64,000 nt of DNA from NCBI GenBank assembly GCA_902768795.1, contig CACXMS010000004.1:109479-173478 (forward strand), given 5' to 3'. Shown in pieces: positions 63,727 to 64,000 of the stretch. Below the pieces are notes generated by a model that saw nothing but the letters and a program-made list of their open reading frames with translations, did no database searches and was not told where the DNA came from. The position numbers and the translations under genes were made by a program. Origin of the DNA: an uncultured Eubacteriales bacterium. GTDB lineage: Bacteria > Bacillota > Clostridia > Christensenellales > CAG-138. How positions within the stretch are numbered: the stretch's first letter is position 1; each line of letters begins with the position of its first letter.

Positions 63727-63755
63727 AGTTTATCTCATAAGTCTTGTTCTGTCAA
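63727..63755 (-). promoter_or_regulatory. sigma-70-like promoter (TTGACA-17-TAAACT) upstream of precursor 4
   Basis: Minus-strand TTGACA (63755-63750) and TAAACT (63732-63727). Confidence 0.55.
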
Positions 63756-63921
63756 CCGTTTTCCGCGGCTTTTCACATTTTGTAAACATTTTACTTGCGC
63801 AGTAACGGCGCAAACTTTTACCCTCCGCCGCGCGACATTTTGCGCCGCGAATTCTGTCGGCGGCATTGCTTTTTGCCGGGGAGTATGGTATCCTTTTTTT
63901 AAGAAAAAAAGGGAGAAGCAA

Positions 63922-64000
63922 GATGCACGCAAAGGAACCCGAACGGTTTGATAGGAAGCGTCCGCCGATGCGGACCGCCTGGTATCTGCGTCCGCTGACG
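63922..64000 (+). CDS. 5' end of an unidentified gene (MHAKEPERFDRKRPPMRTAWYLRPLT...), truncated by the window edge
   Basis: ATG preceded by AAGGGAGAAG. Only 26 codons are visible. Confidence 0.3.

Overview
A 64 kb chromosomal segment from a high-GC, spore-forming Clostridia-type Firmicute. The taxonomic call rests on yabP/yabQ, a SpoIIE-type phosphatase, a DUF3794-LysM coat-like protein and Gram-positive RBS/promoter grammar. Most of the window is housekeeping: uvrA, rplJ-rplL with an L10 leader, a sufC/sufBD-like pair, trmL, mutY, a TPP riboswitch with thiT, tRNA-Glu, cstA, a Na/Pi symporter, degV and rubrerythrin. Accessory content is interspersed with it. The main finding is a compact minus-strand locus at about 57.4-63.8 kb. 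It has four paralogous radical SAM/SPASM enzymes of about 440 aa, interleaved with four short ORFs of 43-51 aa, two of them too short for the supplied ORF track. The short ORFs share a nearly identical N-terminal leader (MKKYxTPEMDVESLANDVVTASG), then a Pro/Thr/Glu linker ending in TPC, then a divergent Tyr/Trp/His/Cys-rich tail. This is the signature of a multi-precursor, multi-maturase RiPP locus. I cannot assign it to a named family from the sequence alone. Other accessory content: (1) a low-GC two-gene island (N6-adenine methyltransferase plus DUF262-HNH nuclease) just downstream of rplL; (2) a second low-GC islet (XRE regulator, small protein, lipoprotein) after cstA; (3) a partner-switching cassette with a fused PP2C phosphatase/anti-sigma-type kinase, two STAS proteins each paired with an unknown paralogous protein, no sigma factor, and an ABC exporter downstream; (4) three large secreted or cell-surface proteins with Pro/Glu/Thr tandem repeats; (5) a 79 bp perfect duplication of the tRNA-Glu 3' end plus its terminator; (6) at least three families of dispersed intergenic repeats. 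Many long ORFs in the track are high-GC antisense shadows and were rejected.
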